A stretch of 64,000 nt of DNA from an uncultured Flavobacteriaceae bacterium (GCA_963762065.1 CAVXJE010000001.1:92191-156190); one strand, 5' to 3'; positions 50,534 to 60,690 are shown, counted from the first letter of the stretch. The notes: a model not told the origin generated them from the letters alone. Translations and numbers: made by a program.

Positions 50534-51709
50534 TTAATGTGTGGTAGTTACGCTTCTTGTCCTTATTAACGTCAAAGCTTGTTCTATATCGGCAATCAAA
50601 TCCTCTGGTTCTTCAATACCAACCGAAAAACGAATCAAGCCATCCGCTATTCCCTGTTTTTTACGTTCCTCGGCACCTAACAATGCATGTGATGTTTGGG
50701 TAGGTGATAATACCGTACTTTCAACCCCTGCCAAGCTCATTGATGATTTTATCAGTTTCAAGGCTTTCTGGAATTCCGAAGCATCATAATTTGCATTGAG
50801 TTCAAAAGACATCATTCCACCAAAGCCATTCATTTGTGATTTTGCCAATGCATGACCAGGATGGTTGGGTAAACCTGGATAATAAACATGCTCTATTTCT
50901 TTATGCCTAGCTAAGTATTCAGCTAAATGTTGGGCATTTTCATTTTGTGCTTTAACCCGAATACCCATGGTTTTAATACTTCGCTCCAATAACCAGACTG
51001 TATAATCGCTCAAATTACCACCTAAATTCTTGGCCAAGCTGAAAATACGTTCCATATTCTTAGTAGTTGTTGCAACAGCGCCTGCACATATATCAGAGTG
51101 ACCACCCATATATTTGGTTGCGCTATGGATAACAATGTCGATACCAAAATCAATTGGGTTCTGATTGACAGGGCTTGCAAAGGTATTGTCTATCATAGAA
51201 ACCAGATTATGCTTCTTGGCGATCTTGCCAATTGCTGTCAAATCGGTTATAGTCAACAAAGGGTTTGAAGGCGTTTCAATAAAAATCGCTTTGGTATTTT
51301 TTTGAATTTTAGCTCCAAAGTCCTGTGGTTCCAATCCGTCTGTAAAGGAATATTCAATTCCATATTTAGCGAATTCCTCATTCACGAAATTATAGGTACC
51401 ACCATATAATGTTCTTTGTAATACAATATGGTCTCCTGCATTTAGGAATGCCAAAAGAGACGTGCTAATAGCCGCCATACCACTACTAAAGATCATGGCA
51501 GCTTCAGCATGTTCCAAAGCAGCGATTTTCTGGGAAAGTGCCATTTGGTTTGGTGTGTTGAAATACCTAGGATAACGTTTTATATCAACATCCTCAAAGG
51601 CATAAGAGGTGCTCATATACAAAGGTGAAATTGCCCCTTTGAACTGTTCATCCTCTATTTCCCCAACATGGGTGCAAATGGTATTGATCCCTTTATTTCT
51701 TTTACTCAT
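50534..51709 (-). CDS. Cys/Met metabolism PLP-dependent enzyme (cystathionine gamma-lyase/synthase family)
   Basis: YPRYFNTP, FSSGMAAI, ETPSNP, DNTFASP, HSATKYMGGH, IRFSVGIE. Confidence 0.92.
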   Translation of the reverse strand: MSKRNKGINTICTHVGEIEDEQFKGAISPLYMSTSYAFEDVDIKRYPRYFNTPNQMALSQKIAALEHAEAAMIFSSGMAAISTSLLAFLNAGDHIVLQRTLYGGTYNFVNEEFAKYGIEYSFTDGLEPQDFGAKIQKNTKAIFIETPSNPLLTITDLTAIGKIAKKHNLVSMIDNTFASPVNQNPIDFGIDIVIHSATKYMGGHSDICAGAVATTTKNMERIFSLAKNLGGNLSDYTVWLLERSIKTMGIRVKAQNENAQHLAEYLARHKEIEHVYYPGLPNHPGHALAKSQMNGFGGMMSFELNANYDASEFQKALKLIKSSMSLAGVESTVLSPTQTSHALLGAEERKKQGIADGLIRFSVGIEEPEDLIADIEQALTLIRTRSVTTTH

Positions 51710-51932
51710 TATTTCCTTTTTTATCTAAAGTTAAAGTTATGAAATTCGATGAACAAATCAAGGAATTGCTTTTGGGCATATTTATCTAATTTACAAGGTT
51801 TGAGCCGCCCTTTTATTATCCATTCCTACTATTTTATAAATAAAACAGGATGGGATTCCTACTAGATTTGCTCACCTGCCTACCTTGGTCGCTGAGCCCT
51901 TAGAATTGCAGGTAGATTAGGAATTACAAACC

Positions 51933-53342
51933 TCAAACTTGGAACTTCTTCCATTTGCCTTTTTTAAACCAAACAATTGCGATAACCGCAAGTAGCACTT
52001 CTGCCATTGTAATCGCCAGAAAAACACCCATTGCCCCCATTTTAAAGGTAATGGCTGCCAAATATGCGAAAGGCAATTGAAACAACCAAAATACTACAAA
52101 ATTCATTTTGGTCGGTGTATTGGTATCCCCGGCCCCATTAAAGGCCTGTGTGACCACCATACCATAGGCATAGAAAATATATCCTGCAGCGATTATCTGA
52201 AGGCAAAGTCCACCGTTTTTTACTACTACCGTATTATCGTTGAACCACCCTATAATCTCATGGGCAAACAACAAATAGAATACTGAAACAACAGCCATAA
52301 AATAGGCATTGTAACGTCCTGTTTTCCATACGGATATTTCTGCCCTTTCAGGTTGATTGGCCCCAAGGTTCTGGCCTACAAGGGTAGCAGCTGCATTGCT
52401 CATTCCCCAGGCAGGCATCAACGTGAACATCATTACCCTAATGGCTATGGTATAACCTGCAAGTACTTCACTTCCAAATTCCGACATCAATCTCATCAGA
52501 AAAACCCAACTGGAAGTACCTATAAGAAACTGGGCTATGCCTCCTAGGGAAACTTTTACTAAATTCAGCATTACCGAAAGTCTCACTACTACATCCTTGA
52601 TTCCTAGTTTAATCCTACTCCATCCAAAAAAAAGAATGCCCAATTGAAAAAGAACGGCTGAACCACGGCCAATATTAGTCGCAATGGCAGCACCCATAAC
52701 CCCGTATTCGGGAACTGGCCCCCAACCAAAAATAAAAATGGGGTCAAGAATAATGTTCAATCCGTTGGAAAGCACTAAGGTCCACATGGCAATGGAAGCA
52801 TCCCCAGCACCTCGAAAAATGGCATTAATCAGAAACAACAAGAGAATTGTTATATTTCCACCTATCAATAGTTTTGTATACCCGTAGCCTTCATCTATAA
52901 GATCTTGTTCCGCACCCATAAGGGCTAGAATGTCTTTTGCATACAAAAAACCCAATACTCCAACTATAAGTGAAACAACAATGCCCAAAAGAATCGCTTG
53001 CACAGCCGATTCCCGCGCTCCTTTCACGTCCTTCTCCCCTATTCTACGGGCTACAACTGCAGTAGCTGCCATACTAAGACCAATAGCAACGGCATAAACC
53101 AAGGTAATGACCGATTCTGTTAGACCAATGGTGGCAACGGCATTTACACTGACTTGGGAAACATAGGCAATATCGACAATGGCGAAAATGGACTCCATCA
53201 TCATTTCCAAGATCATAGGAATGGATAGCATAAAAATGGCCTTGCGAATACTGCCAGTGGTAAATTCGCTTTCCTTGCCGGTTATGGCAATAATAAAGTA
53301 ATTAAAAAGGCTTTTAAGTGTGAGTTTCTTTTGGTGTGTCAT
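51933..53342 (-). CDS. MATE family efflux transporter
   Basis: LSIPMILEM, NGLNIILDPIFIFG, GAAIATNIGR, GQNLGA; 12-TM pattern. Confidence 0.93.
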   Translation of the reverse strand: MTHQKKLTLKSLFNYFIIAITGKESEFTTGSIRKAIFMLSIPMILEMMMESIFAIVDIAYVSQVSVNAVATIGLTESVITLVYAVAIGLSMAATAVVARRIGEKDVKGARESAVQAILLGIVVSLIVGVLGFLYAKDILALMGAEQDLIDEGYGYTKLLIGGNITILLLFLINAIFRGAGDASIAMWTLVLSNGLNIILDPIFIFGWGPVPEYGVMGAAIATNIGRGSAVLFQLGILFFGWSRIKLGIKDVVVRLSVMLNLVKVSLGGIAQFLIGTSSWVFLMRLMSEFGSEVLAGYTIAIRVMMFTLMPAWGMSNAAATLVGQNLGANQPERAEISVWKTGRYNAYFMAVVSVFYLLFAHEIIGWFNDNTVVVKNGGLCLQIIAAGYIFYAYGMVVTQAFNGAGDTNTPTKMNFVVFWLFQLPFAYLAAITFKMGAMGVFLAITMAEVLLAVIAIVWFKKGKWKKFQV

Positions 53343-53564
53343 GTTTTAGGAACTAAGTTAAAATGGAGAAAAAAGATGCACTACGAAATACGACAGAAAA
53401 GTCGATTACTTCTTAGGTACTTGCCCAATAACATCTATAATTAACATAATTCGCTTACTTAATGAGGATATAAAGATGCGAAAAAAAAATTGAACAACAA
53501 TAAGCGCTGTACATTGTCAAATTAGTAAATACTCCTTTTTTTGCCTTAAAATTTGTAGCTAGTA

Positions 53565-53961
53565 ATGAAAAATACTACCGTTGAAATTTATATTTGTAGT
53601 ATTATCCCTAACTTTCAATTTTGCTCTTTTTGCCCAATCGGAGACTTATGTGGGTAATTGCGAAGCCCATTTTAAAGCTTATAATCAAGGAGAAATGGAT
53701 TACATACTTTCTTTAAATGCAGATGGCACTTTTTCATTTCATTTTCACAGAAACGTAGGACCATCCAATCCTGAAGAAAACCAATATGGAAAAGGAACCT
53801 GGACATTTGATAAAAACCTGGTTTTTGATGGTTCCAAGGCGCGTATAATCTGTAAATCACCAACAAATATATCCTTAAATGAAATTAAAGAAGTTCTCCT
53901 GTTTTATGAGTCAAGGATTTTTTGGGTAGAGCGTATGAAGCTATTAAAAATAGATGTTTAA
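53565..53961 (+). pseudogene. Secreted hypothetical protein with an apparent +1 frameshift just after the ATG
   Basis: The ATG at 53565 is out of frame with the 53581 TTG ORF. Removing one A from the A5 run (53568-53572) gives MKILPLKFIFVVLSLTFNFALFA|Q, a full signal peptide. Confidence 0.5.
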
Positions 53962-54085
53962 AGAGATAAATATTTTACTTAATACACCTTATTATTAAAC
54001 AACCAACAACTCGCATGAAAATTTAGGATTACAAGAAACCATGAATACCTTAATACTAAGAAGGGTCCTTGTTCGTTTAATTACT

Positions 54086-54877
54086 ATGAAATCATATAAG
54101 TCATATCTATTACTATTGCTGATGGTTTTCTCATGTTCCAAAGAAGGTACATCTGAGAAAACAATCATTGATGAAAACGGAAACCAATTTACGGTTGAAA
54201 CCTCAGCCAATAAGAAATCTGTTGGTGATTCTGCAAATGACCTTCTTTCTGAACAAAATTTCAATAGTTTGGTTCTTGAAATCTTTTATGTTGAGGATTT
54301 TAAACCAACTACTTCAACCATTTGGAATTTTGAGTCTTTTATTTCAGAACGTTTGAATAAATCTGGCAACATAACGGTAAAATTGAATCAAATTGTATCT
54401 CCCGGTAAAACCATTTATTCCATCACCGATATAAAGGATATAGAGGATAACATTCGTACTGCTTATAATCTAGATGAGAAAATAGCGATTTTTGGATTAT
54501 TCTTGGATGGTGAATATTCTGAAAATACTGAAAATGGTAGTGTCCTAGGAGTTGCCTACAGAAATACCTCTTTCGTAATTTTTGAAGAAACCATAAAAGA
54601 ATTCAGTGGGCAGCCTTTGGCACCCAGTACTACGGTATTGGAAACCACCGTATTAAATCATGAATTTGGGCATTTATTGGGCCTCGTTAATGCAGGAACC
54701 ACACCCCAAAGTGACCATCAAGATGAAGTACACGGCCGGCATTGCGATGCTGGGAGTTGTTTAATGAATTGGACCGCTGAAACTGGTGAAGGTTTACTTA
54801 ACTCACTTAGTGGGGGTGCCGTTCCTGACTTGGATGAACAATGTATTTCTGATTTACAGGCTAACGGTGGCAAATAA
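54086..54877 (+). CDS. Lipoprotein zinc metalloprotease (metzincin-like)
   Basis: Lipobox VFSC; HEFGHLLGL zinc motif; downstream HC…CLM. Confidence 0.8.
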   Translation: MKSYKSYLLLLLMVFSCSKEGTSEKTIIDENGNQFTVETSANKKSVGDSANDLLSEQNFNSLVLEIFYVEDFKPTTSTIWNFESFISERLNKSGNITVKLNQIVSPGKTIYSITDIKDIEDNIRTAYNLDEKIAIFGLFLDGEYSENTENGSVLGVAYRNTSFVIFEETIKEFSGQPLAPSTTVLETTVLNHEFGHLLGLVNAGTTPQSDHQDEVHGRHCDAGSCLMNWTAETGEGLLNSLSGGAVPDLDEQCISDLQANGGK

Positions 54878-54891
54878 GACCTTAGGGTCGA

Positions 54892-57800
54892 TTATTTCCC
54901 ATAATTCACCTTATACCTCCAATAACTAATAACGCCCAAAACCAATACTCCAAAAACGGTATAATAGATAAATACCGGGGTAATTACTTGGGCACCACTG
55001 GCATAGCTATGAAGCCCCACCAAATAGAAGTTGACCCCAAAATAGGTCATCATAATACTGCCAAATGCCAACACGCTTATAAAATTGAAGGTCCACTTAC
55101 TTTTTAATCCGGGAACTAAGCGCATATGCAAAACAAATGCGTAGATCATTATAGAAATCAAAGCCCAAGTCTCCTTGGGATCCCAACCCCAATAACGGCC
55201 CCAACTCTCATTGGCCCATTGACCCCCTAAAAAGTTGCCAATGGTCAACATAATCAAGCCAACGGTCAATGCCAATTCATTGATAATGGTCAACTCTTTT
55301 AAATTGAGTTTCATGCGTTTTTTGTTCTTTTTATTGGTGAGGATAATAAGTATCAAGGAAACAAAACCCAAAATCATCCCTACGGTCAAAGGACCGTAAC
55401 TAGCCACAATTACGGCAACGTGTATCATTAACCAATAACTATCCAATACAGGAACCAAATTAGAGATAGAGGGGTCAACCCAACTCTGGTGGGCTATCCA
55501 TAATAACATGGAAGTCACAAAGGCAGTTGCAGCGATGGTCATATCACTTTTTCGCCCCAAAAGCAAGCCCATACCCATGGTAGCCCAAGAAACATACAAA
55601 ATGCTTTCATAAGCATCGCTCCAAGGTGCATGGCCAGAGATATACCAACGTAAAATTAAACCAGCGGTATGCCACAAAAACAAGATAAAAATTGTTCCCT
55701 TAAAGAAATAAGTACCAATGCGCCAAACCGAACGCTCCTTGAAAATCTGAAAAATCAATACAAAGAACATCAGGATACCTACAAGTGCATAGCATTTGTA
55801 CAAAATATTGAAGATGTTCAACTTGTTATAAATTACCTCGGTATTTATCCTGGTCTCTGTTGGCAACACTTCACTACCATGGTTTTGTTGATTTTTTTTG
55901 AATGCCGCCAATAATTTATCGGCCTCTGTATAATCGCCGCTTCCCTTAGCATTTTGAAGCGACATCAAATAGTACGGAATGGCATTTTTTATAAAATTCG
56001 CATAGAGTGAATCGGTTACTTGGTAGTTCCCACCACGAAACTCGATAGCGGATATCCATTTGTTATTCTCATCGTTCAACAGCGGGAAAATCTTTATGAT
56101 TTGCCCACTTAATGCTTGATCTAAAAGACTCAAACGAATATTTGCATCCTTGAAATCCTGTTGAAACTTATTGGGAATGTTGGTAGATGTCGCTTCCCTT
56201 AAATAAGGTTCCAATTTATATTGCCCTTTTTCATCAAAGAAATCAATAGCCTTTACAAACTTCTGTCCGGGTGGGATATTTAATATTTTTCGAATACTGT
56301 CATTCTGACCTTTTTTATCCAAAGCAATAAATTCAGTATTATACCATATCGCAGGGTTCATCATCATTGATAGGAAAACCTGATCGGAATTCATATCCTT
56401 ATATCTATCCTTAAGGCTTAACTTTCTTAACAATTCAGAGGAAAATGTATTGATGGGTTTCATACGACCTCCTGCATCCTGGACTACCAATTTTCCAAAT
56501 TTTTCAGCGTGTTCAGCAGATACCATATTGGCAATTAGCAAGGAATCTACCTGACTTTGGGTAGGCGTTTTACTATGGTCATGACCATCATTCACTGAAG
56601 GCTCTTGACCAATTGAATTCAGTAAAAAACCAAAAACAAACATTACAGTCAATGCTGCCTTTTTAGATTTTAATTTATCCAATGAAATGGTCAGATCCTT
56701 AAAACGGGTTTTACCAAAAAACATGATTCCCATTAACCCGATATATAGCAGAAAATAACCAATGTAGGTAATCCACGTACCCCATAAGTCATGGTTTACA
56801 GAAAGTGTAGTACCACGTTCATCGGGGTCAAATCCTGATTGAAAAAAGCGATAGCCCTTATGGTCCAAAATATGGTTCATGAAAATATCATAATCAAAGG
56901 GTCTTTCATCCTCAACGGTAACCTTGCTCATGAATGATGCGTAGCCTTTTTCAGTGCCCGGATATTTCTCGGCGATAAAGTCGTTCAATTTAATCCTAAA
57001 AGGAAGTTCATACACTTTGGAACCAAAAGCCATAGCGACATCTAACCCTCCTACTCTGATTTTATCGGAGAATCTTGAAGTACCTTTACCCCCCAAAATT
57101 TTCTGTTGAACAGTTTCCCCATTGCTTGTCACTTCAACAACCAAGGCATCTTGGGTTACAGGTGTTATTTCCGTTTCAGGTACTTTCACAACTCCGTAAG
57201 AGCCTTTTACAATAGGTTCTGGAATAACAAATTGCATTCCGGCTGCATTGTACAATGATCGTAATTGTAAGGTCTGTAAACTATCTTTTATCAATGAACC
57301 TCGAAACTGATCCGCCATACGCATAAAATTGCCTTCAAAGGCCGATTTTATGAAATAGGTGCTATCCGTAGTAAAGATATTTATGGCGCCTTGCGTCTCA
57401 TGGTTCAGTGAGACCAATACATTATGGATATTAGCCACCTGACCGTTTTCCAAAAAATGTTCATGGCGCTGACCATTGCCCGCTTCAACAATTTTTAAAT
57501 ATTCCTTACCATTTTCGTCTGGGATCAATCCTTTTTTAGCCCCTTGAATAAAATCAACATATGAAATGGTAATTGGTTGTCCATTAAAATCTTGATTCCA
57601 TGGTAAGTTCGACTTTAAAGCTTCCGGTGTTACAATTAGGTCGTCCTCTAAAATTTTCCTTCGAGGTTCTCCCTCTATATCCCCATCAATATAAACAGTA
57701 AGAAATGTCTTGTCCGAGTAAAAAACATTTTCCGTATTACCTTCACGAATAGGCATCATACCCTCAAAACTAATATAACGTGTCACAAAAGCTCCGGCGA

Positions 57801-58068
57801 TTATAAGTATCCAAGATAAATGCATTGTCAAAACAGGCCATTTTTCTTTTCGCAGTAACTTGTATTTAAAAATATTGCCGACAAAGTTGATGACAAAAAA
57901 CACCATGATCAATTCGAACCATGTGGAATTATAAATCCATATACGAGCTGTTTCAGTACTGTACCAACTCTCAATAAAAGTCCCAAAGGCCATCGCTGTA
58001 GCAAAAACGATGAAGAGTACTGCCATTAAACGGGTCGAGAAGAAAATTTTTTTGAACAAATCTTTCAT
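54892..58068 (-). CDS. ccsA: Cytochrome c biogenesis system II protein, fused CcsB/CcsA type
   Basis: GHAPWSDAYES, YWLMIHV, WANESWGRYWGWDPKETW (WWD domain), VGLHSYA; N-terminal ResB-like region. Confidence 0.93.
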   Translation of the reverse strand: MKDLFKKIFFSTRLMAVLFIVFATAMAFGTFIESWYSTETARIWIYNSTWFELIMVFFVINFVGNIFKYKLLRKEKWPVLTMHLSWILIIAGAFVTRYISFEGMMPIREGNTENVFYSDKTFLTVYIDGDIEGEPRRKILEDDLIVTPEALKSNLPWNQDFNGQPITISYVDFIQGAKKGLIPDENGKEYLKIVEAGNGQRHEHFLENGQVANIHNVLVSLNHETQGAINIFTTDSTYFIKSAFEGNFMRMADQFRGSLIKDSLQTLQLRSLYNAAGMQFVIPEPIVKGSYGVVKVPETEITPVTQDALVVEVTSNGETVQQKILGGKGTSRFSDKIRVGGLDVAMAFGSKVYELPFRIKLNDFIAEKYPGTEKGYASFMSKVTVEDERPFDYDIFMNHILDHKGYRFFQSGFDPDERGTTLSVNHDLWGTWITYIGYFLLYIGLMGIMFFGKTRFKDLTISLDKLKSKKAALTVMFVFGFLLNSIGQEPSVNDGHDHSKTPTQSQVDSLLIANMVSAEHAEKFGKLVVQDAGGRMKPINTFSSELLRKLSLKDRYKDMNSDQVFLSMMMNPAIWYNTEFIALDKKGQNDSIRKILNIPPGQKFVKAIDFFDEKGQYKLEPYLREATSTNIPNKFQQDFKDANIRLSLLDQALSGQIIKIFPLLNDENNKWISAIEFRGGNYQVTDSLYANFIKNAIPYYLMSLQNAKGSGDYTEADKLLAAFKKNQQNHGSEVLPTETRINTEVIYNKLNIFNILYKCYALVGILMFFVLIFQIFKERSVWRIGTYFFKGTIFILFLWHTAGLILRWYISGHAPWSDAYESILYVSWATMGMGLLLGRKSDMTIAATAFVTSMLLWIAHQSWVDPSISNLVPVLDSYWLMIHVAVIVASYGPLTVGMILGFVSLILIILTNKKNKKRMKLNLKELTIINELALTVGLIMLTIGNFLGGQWANESWGRYWGWDPKETWALISIMIYAFVLHMRLVPGLKSKWTFNFISVLAFGSIMMTYFGVNFYLVGLHSYASGAQVITPVFIYYTVFGVLVLGVISYWRYKVNYGK

Positions 58069-58098
58069 ATATGAAGTCTAATTATGAATTGCAGTCTG

Positions 58099-58106
58099 CA
58101 AAAATA
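58099..58106 (-). promoter_or_regulatory. -7 promoter element (TATTTTTG) for ccsA
   Basis: Exact TAnnTTTG on the minus strand, 31 nt upstream of the start. Confidence 0.6.
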
Positions 58107-58276
58107 CAGTATTTTAAGAGAATACAATTTGTAATTAAAATGATGTTTTCCTCTCCTGTTAAATTAACATAAACCATCAAACGAAAGTCAATTCCTGAAA
58201 GGTATTAGCACTTTATTCTACTAATTTTTAGTAACTTATATATTGAAAAAGAATTATAACCTTAAAAAATTGCAAA

Positions 58277-58654
58277 ATGGACAGAAAAACTTTTATCAAA
58301 AAAACAGCAGGAGCTATACTTGTGGTCATTCCTGCTTATTCTATTTTAGGATGTTCAAGTTCTGATGACGGAGGCGGTAATCCAAATCCTGATCCGAACA
58401 CAACAGCTAATTGTTTGGCAAATGGTACGGCCATCTCAATTGGAACCAATCACGGCCATTCTTTAACGGTTTCAAAAGCAGATGTAGAAGCAGGTACTGA
58501 AAAGACCTATTCGATTCAGGGTACTTCTAGCCATGCTCATAGCGTAACACTTTCAGCTGCCAATTTTACAGCACTTAAGAGCAATACTGCAATATCAGTT
58601 ACATCAACGAATGGTGATTCACATACACATTCCGTTTCGGTATCCTGTGCTTAA
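58277..58654 (+). CDS. Small exported lipoprotein with three HxH motifs; putative metal-binding
   Basis: MDRKTFIK Tat-like N-terminus; lipobox ILGC; NHGH, SHAH, SHTH. Confidence 0.8.
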   Translation: MDRKTFIKKTAGAILVVIPAYSILGCSSSDDGGGNPNPDPNTTANCLANGTAISIGTNHGHSLTVSKADVEAGTEKTYSIQGTSSHAHSVTLSAANFTALKSNTAISVTSTNGDSHTHSVSVSCA

Positions 58655-58788
58655 ACTTTTTTGAAAAGTATTGATTTGAAAGAACTACATTCCCCGTGGT
58701 TCTTTTTATTTTCGGTTGAAAATAATACTTGCCACCCTTACTTAATCAAATACTTCAACAAGATTAATTATATCACTATTTTCGCAAT

Positions 58789-59553
58789 ATGCAAAGCATC
58801 GTACTTTTGGGAACTGGGAATGTGGCCAAACATCTGTTTGATTCTTTTATCAATCAGAACGGAATTGAAATTACCCAAGTTTATGGGCGTAAAAAAGAAT
58901 CGTTACACTATTTTGGGGAGCATGTAGAAATCATTACTGATCTATCAAACATAGCAGATGCAGACATCTATGTAATAGCCGTAAGCGACGATGCCATTGC
59001 TGTTGTTTCGAAAAAGTTGGAACATAAAAAAGGACTCATCGTGCATACTTCAGGAAGTATAGGTATAAATGAGCTACCAAAAAATAATAAGCGCGGTGTT
59101 TTTTACCCCTTACAGACATTTAGCTTTGGGAAAAGTGTTGATTTTAAGGAAATCCCCATTTGTATTGAAGCTTTGAACGAAGATGATTACGCCCAACTAA
59201 ATAAATTGGCATTATTAATTTCCAATAGGGTTTTCAGGATAAATACAAAGCAACGAAAAGCACTTCATTTGGCCGCTGTTTTTGCCAATAATTTTACCAA
59301 TCATATATATCATTTATCGGAAGAAATCTGCACTCAAAATAATGTTTCTTTTGAACTGTTGCATCCATTAATCAAGGAAACAGCGAAAAAGGTGCAGGTA
59401 TTATCACCTTACGAAGCACAGACAGGACCTGCAAGGCGAAATGATGTTGGCACCCTAGAAAAGCAATTGAATCAACTTAAAGATAAAAACAAAAAAAATA
59501 TATATTCAATCTTAAGTAAATCGATCCAAAAAACCTATGGAGAAAAGCTATAA
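58789..59553 (+). CDS. Rossmann-like + DUF2520 domain protein
   Basis: LLGTGNVA, HTSGS, GVFYPLQTFS, LHLAAVFANNF, QTGPARR. Confidence 0.9.
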   Translation: MQSIVLLGTGNVAKHLFDSFINQNGIEITQVYGRKKESLHYFGEHVEIITDLSNIADADIYVIAVSDDAIAVVSKKLEHKKGLIVHTSGSIGINELPKNNKRGVFYPLQTFSFGKSVDFKEIPICIEALNEDDYAQLNKLALLISNRVFRINTKQRKALHLAAVFANNFTNHIYHLSEEICTQNNVSFELLHPLIKETAKKVQVLSPYEAQTGPARRNDVGTLEKQLNQLKDKNKKNIYSILSKSIQKTYGEKL

Positions 59554-60064
59554 GCAATTTTTGAAGGACATTACCACCTTTGTTTTTGATGTGGATGGTG
59601 TTTTCACAGATGGCACTGTTTTGGTCACAACCGATGGGGAGCTGTTGCGCAAAATGAGTGTAAAGGATGGTTACGCCTTGAAAACGGCTATACAAAAGGG
59701 CTACAACGTCTGCATTATAACGGGTGGCACCAATGAAGGAGTTAGAGCACGTTTAAAAGGGTTGGGTGTTACCACCTTTTATATGGGGGCCCATCATAAA
59801 GGGGACCCACTTAAAGATTATATGGATGTTTATGGTATTGCTCCAGAGAATATACTTTATATGGGTGATGACATGCCTGATATTCCACCTATGGGAATGG
59901 TTGCTTTGCCTACCTGCCCACAGAATGCGATACAGGAAGTTAAAGCAGTTTGTAAATATATCTCACATAAAAATGGTGGGGATGGTTGCGTGCGCGATGT
60001 AGTAGAACAAGTTTTAAAAGTACGTGGCGATTGGATGGATAACTTCAGTGCAGCCAACGATTAG
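59537..60064 (+). CDS. kdsC: KdsC family HAD-IIIA phosphatase (KDO-8-phosphate phosphatase)
   Basis: FDVDGVFTDG, KDGYA, YMGDDMPD, GGDGCVR. Confidence 0.88.
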   Translation: MEKSYKQFLKDITTFVFDVDGVFTDGTVLVTTDGELLRKMSVKDGYALKTAIQKGYNVCIITGGTNEGVRARLKGLGVTTFYMGAHHKGDPLKDYMDVYGIAPENILYMGDDMPDIPPMGMVALPTCPQNAIQEVKAVCKYISHKNGGDGCVRDVVEQVLKVRGDWMDNFSAAND

Positions 60065-60067
60065 TAT

Positions 60068-60655
60068 ATGTGGAAGGATAAACTAAAACATTACAAAGTA
60101 ATTCTCGCCTCGGGTTCCCCAAGAAGAAAGCAATTCTTTGAAGATATGGGTCTCGATTACGAAATTCGATTAAAACCTGTTGATGAGGTTTATCCCGAAG
60201 ATTTGAAAGGAAGTGAAATATCAGATTATCTAGCGAAATTGAAAGCCTCTGCTTTTAAGGAAACACTAATGGATAAAGAAATATTGATTACCTCTGATAC
60301 AGTGGTTTGGCATATGGGTAAATCTTTGGCCAAACCTGCCGATGAAAAGGAAGCTAGTGAAATGCTCCAGGAATTATCCAACAATTGGCACGATGTAATT
60401 ACCTCTGTTACTTTTACGACCAATAGAGGACAAAAGACTGTAAACCATATTACTAAAGTTAAGTTTGCAGAACTTACTAATTATGAAATCCAATATTATG
60501 TGCAAATTTTCAAACCTTTCGATAAAGCAGGTGGGTATGGAATACAAGACTGGATCGGATTGATAGGTATCGAGGAAATCAAAGGCTCCTATACCAACGT
60601 TGTTGGACTACCCACCCACTTGGTTTACAAAACGTTAATGCTTATGGTCGACTAA
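60068..60655 (+). CDS. maf: Maf family nucleotide pyrophosphatase
   Basis: LASGSPRR, ITSDTVV, KPFDKAGGYGIQ, NVVGLP. Confidence 0.93.
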   Translation: MWKDKLKHYKVILASGSPRRKQFFEDMGLDYEIRLKPVDEVYPEDLKGSEISDYLAKLKASAFKETLMDKEILITSDTVVWHMGKSLAKPADEKEASEMLQELSNNWHDVITSVTFTTNRGQKTVNHITKVKFAELTNYEIQYYVQIFKPFDKAGGYGIQDWIGLIGIEEIKGSYTNVVGLPTHLVYKTLMLMVD

Positions 60656-60690
60656 TTAAAATTAGGTAGTTTTATATAAAAACATATATC

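Noticed and set aside
51710-51932. SAM riboswitch upstream of the cystathionine lyase/synthase gene
   Set aside because: I could not find SAM-I or SAM-II core sequences by eye; an Infernal/Rfam scan would be decisive.
60062-60070. Possible loss of a prenyltransferase gene between kdsC and maf
   Set aside because: This rests only on recollection of gene order in other Flavobacteria; the 3-nt gap shows no remnant, so the sequence does not support it.
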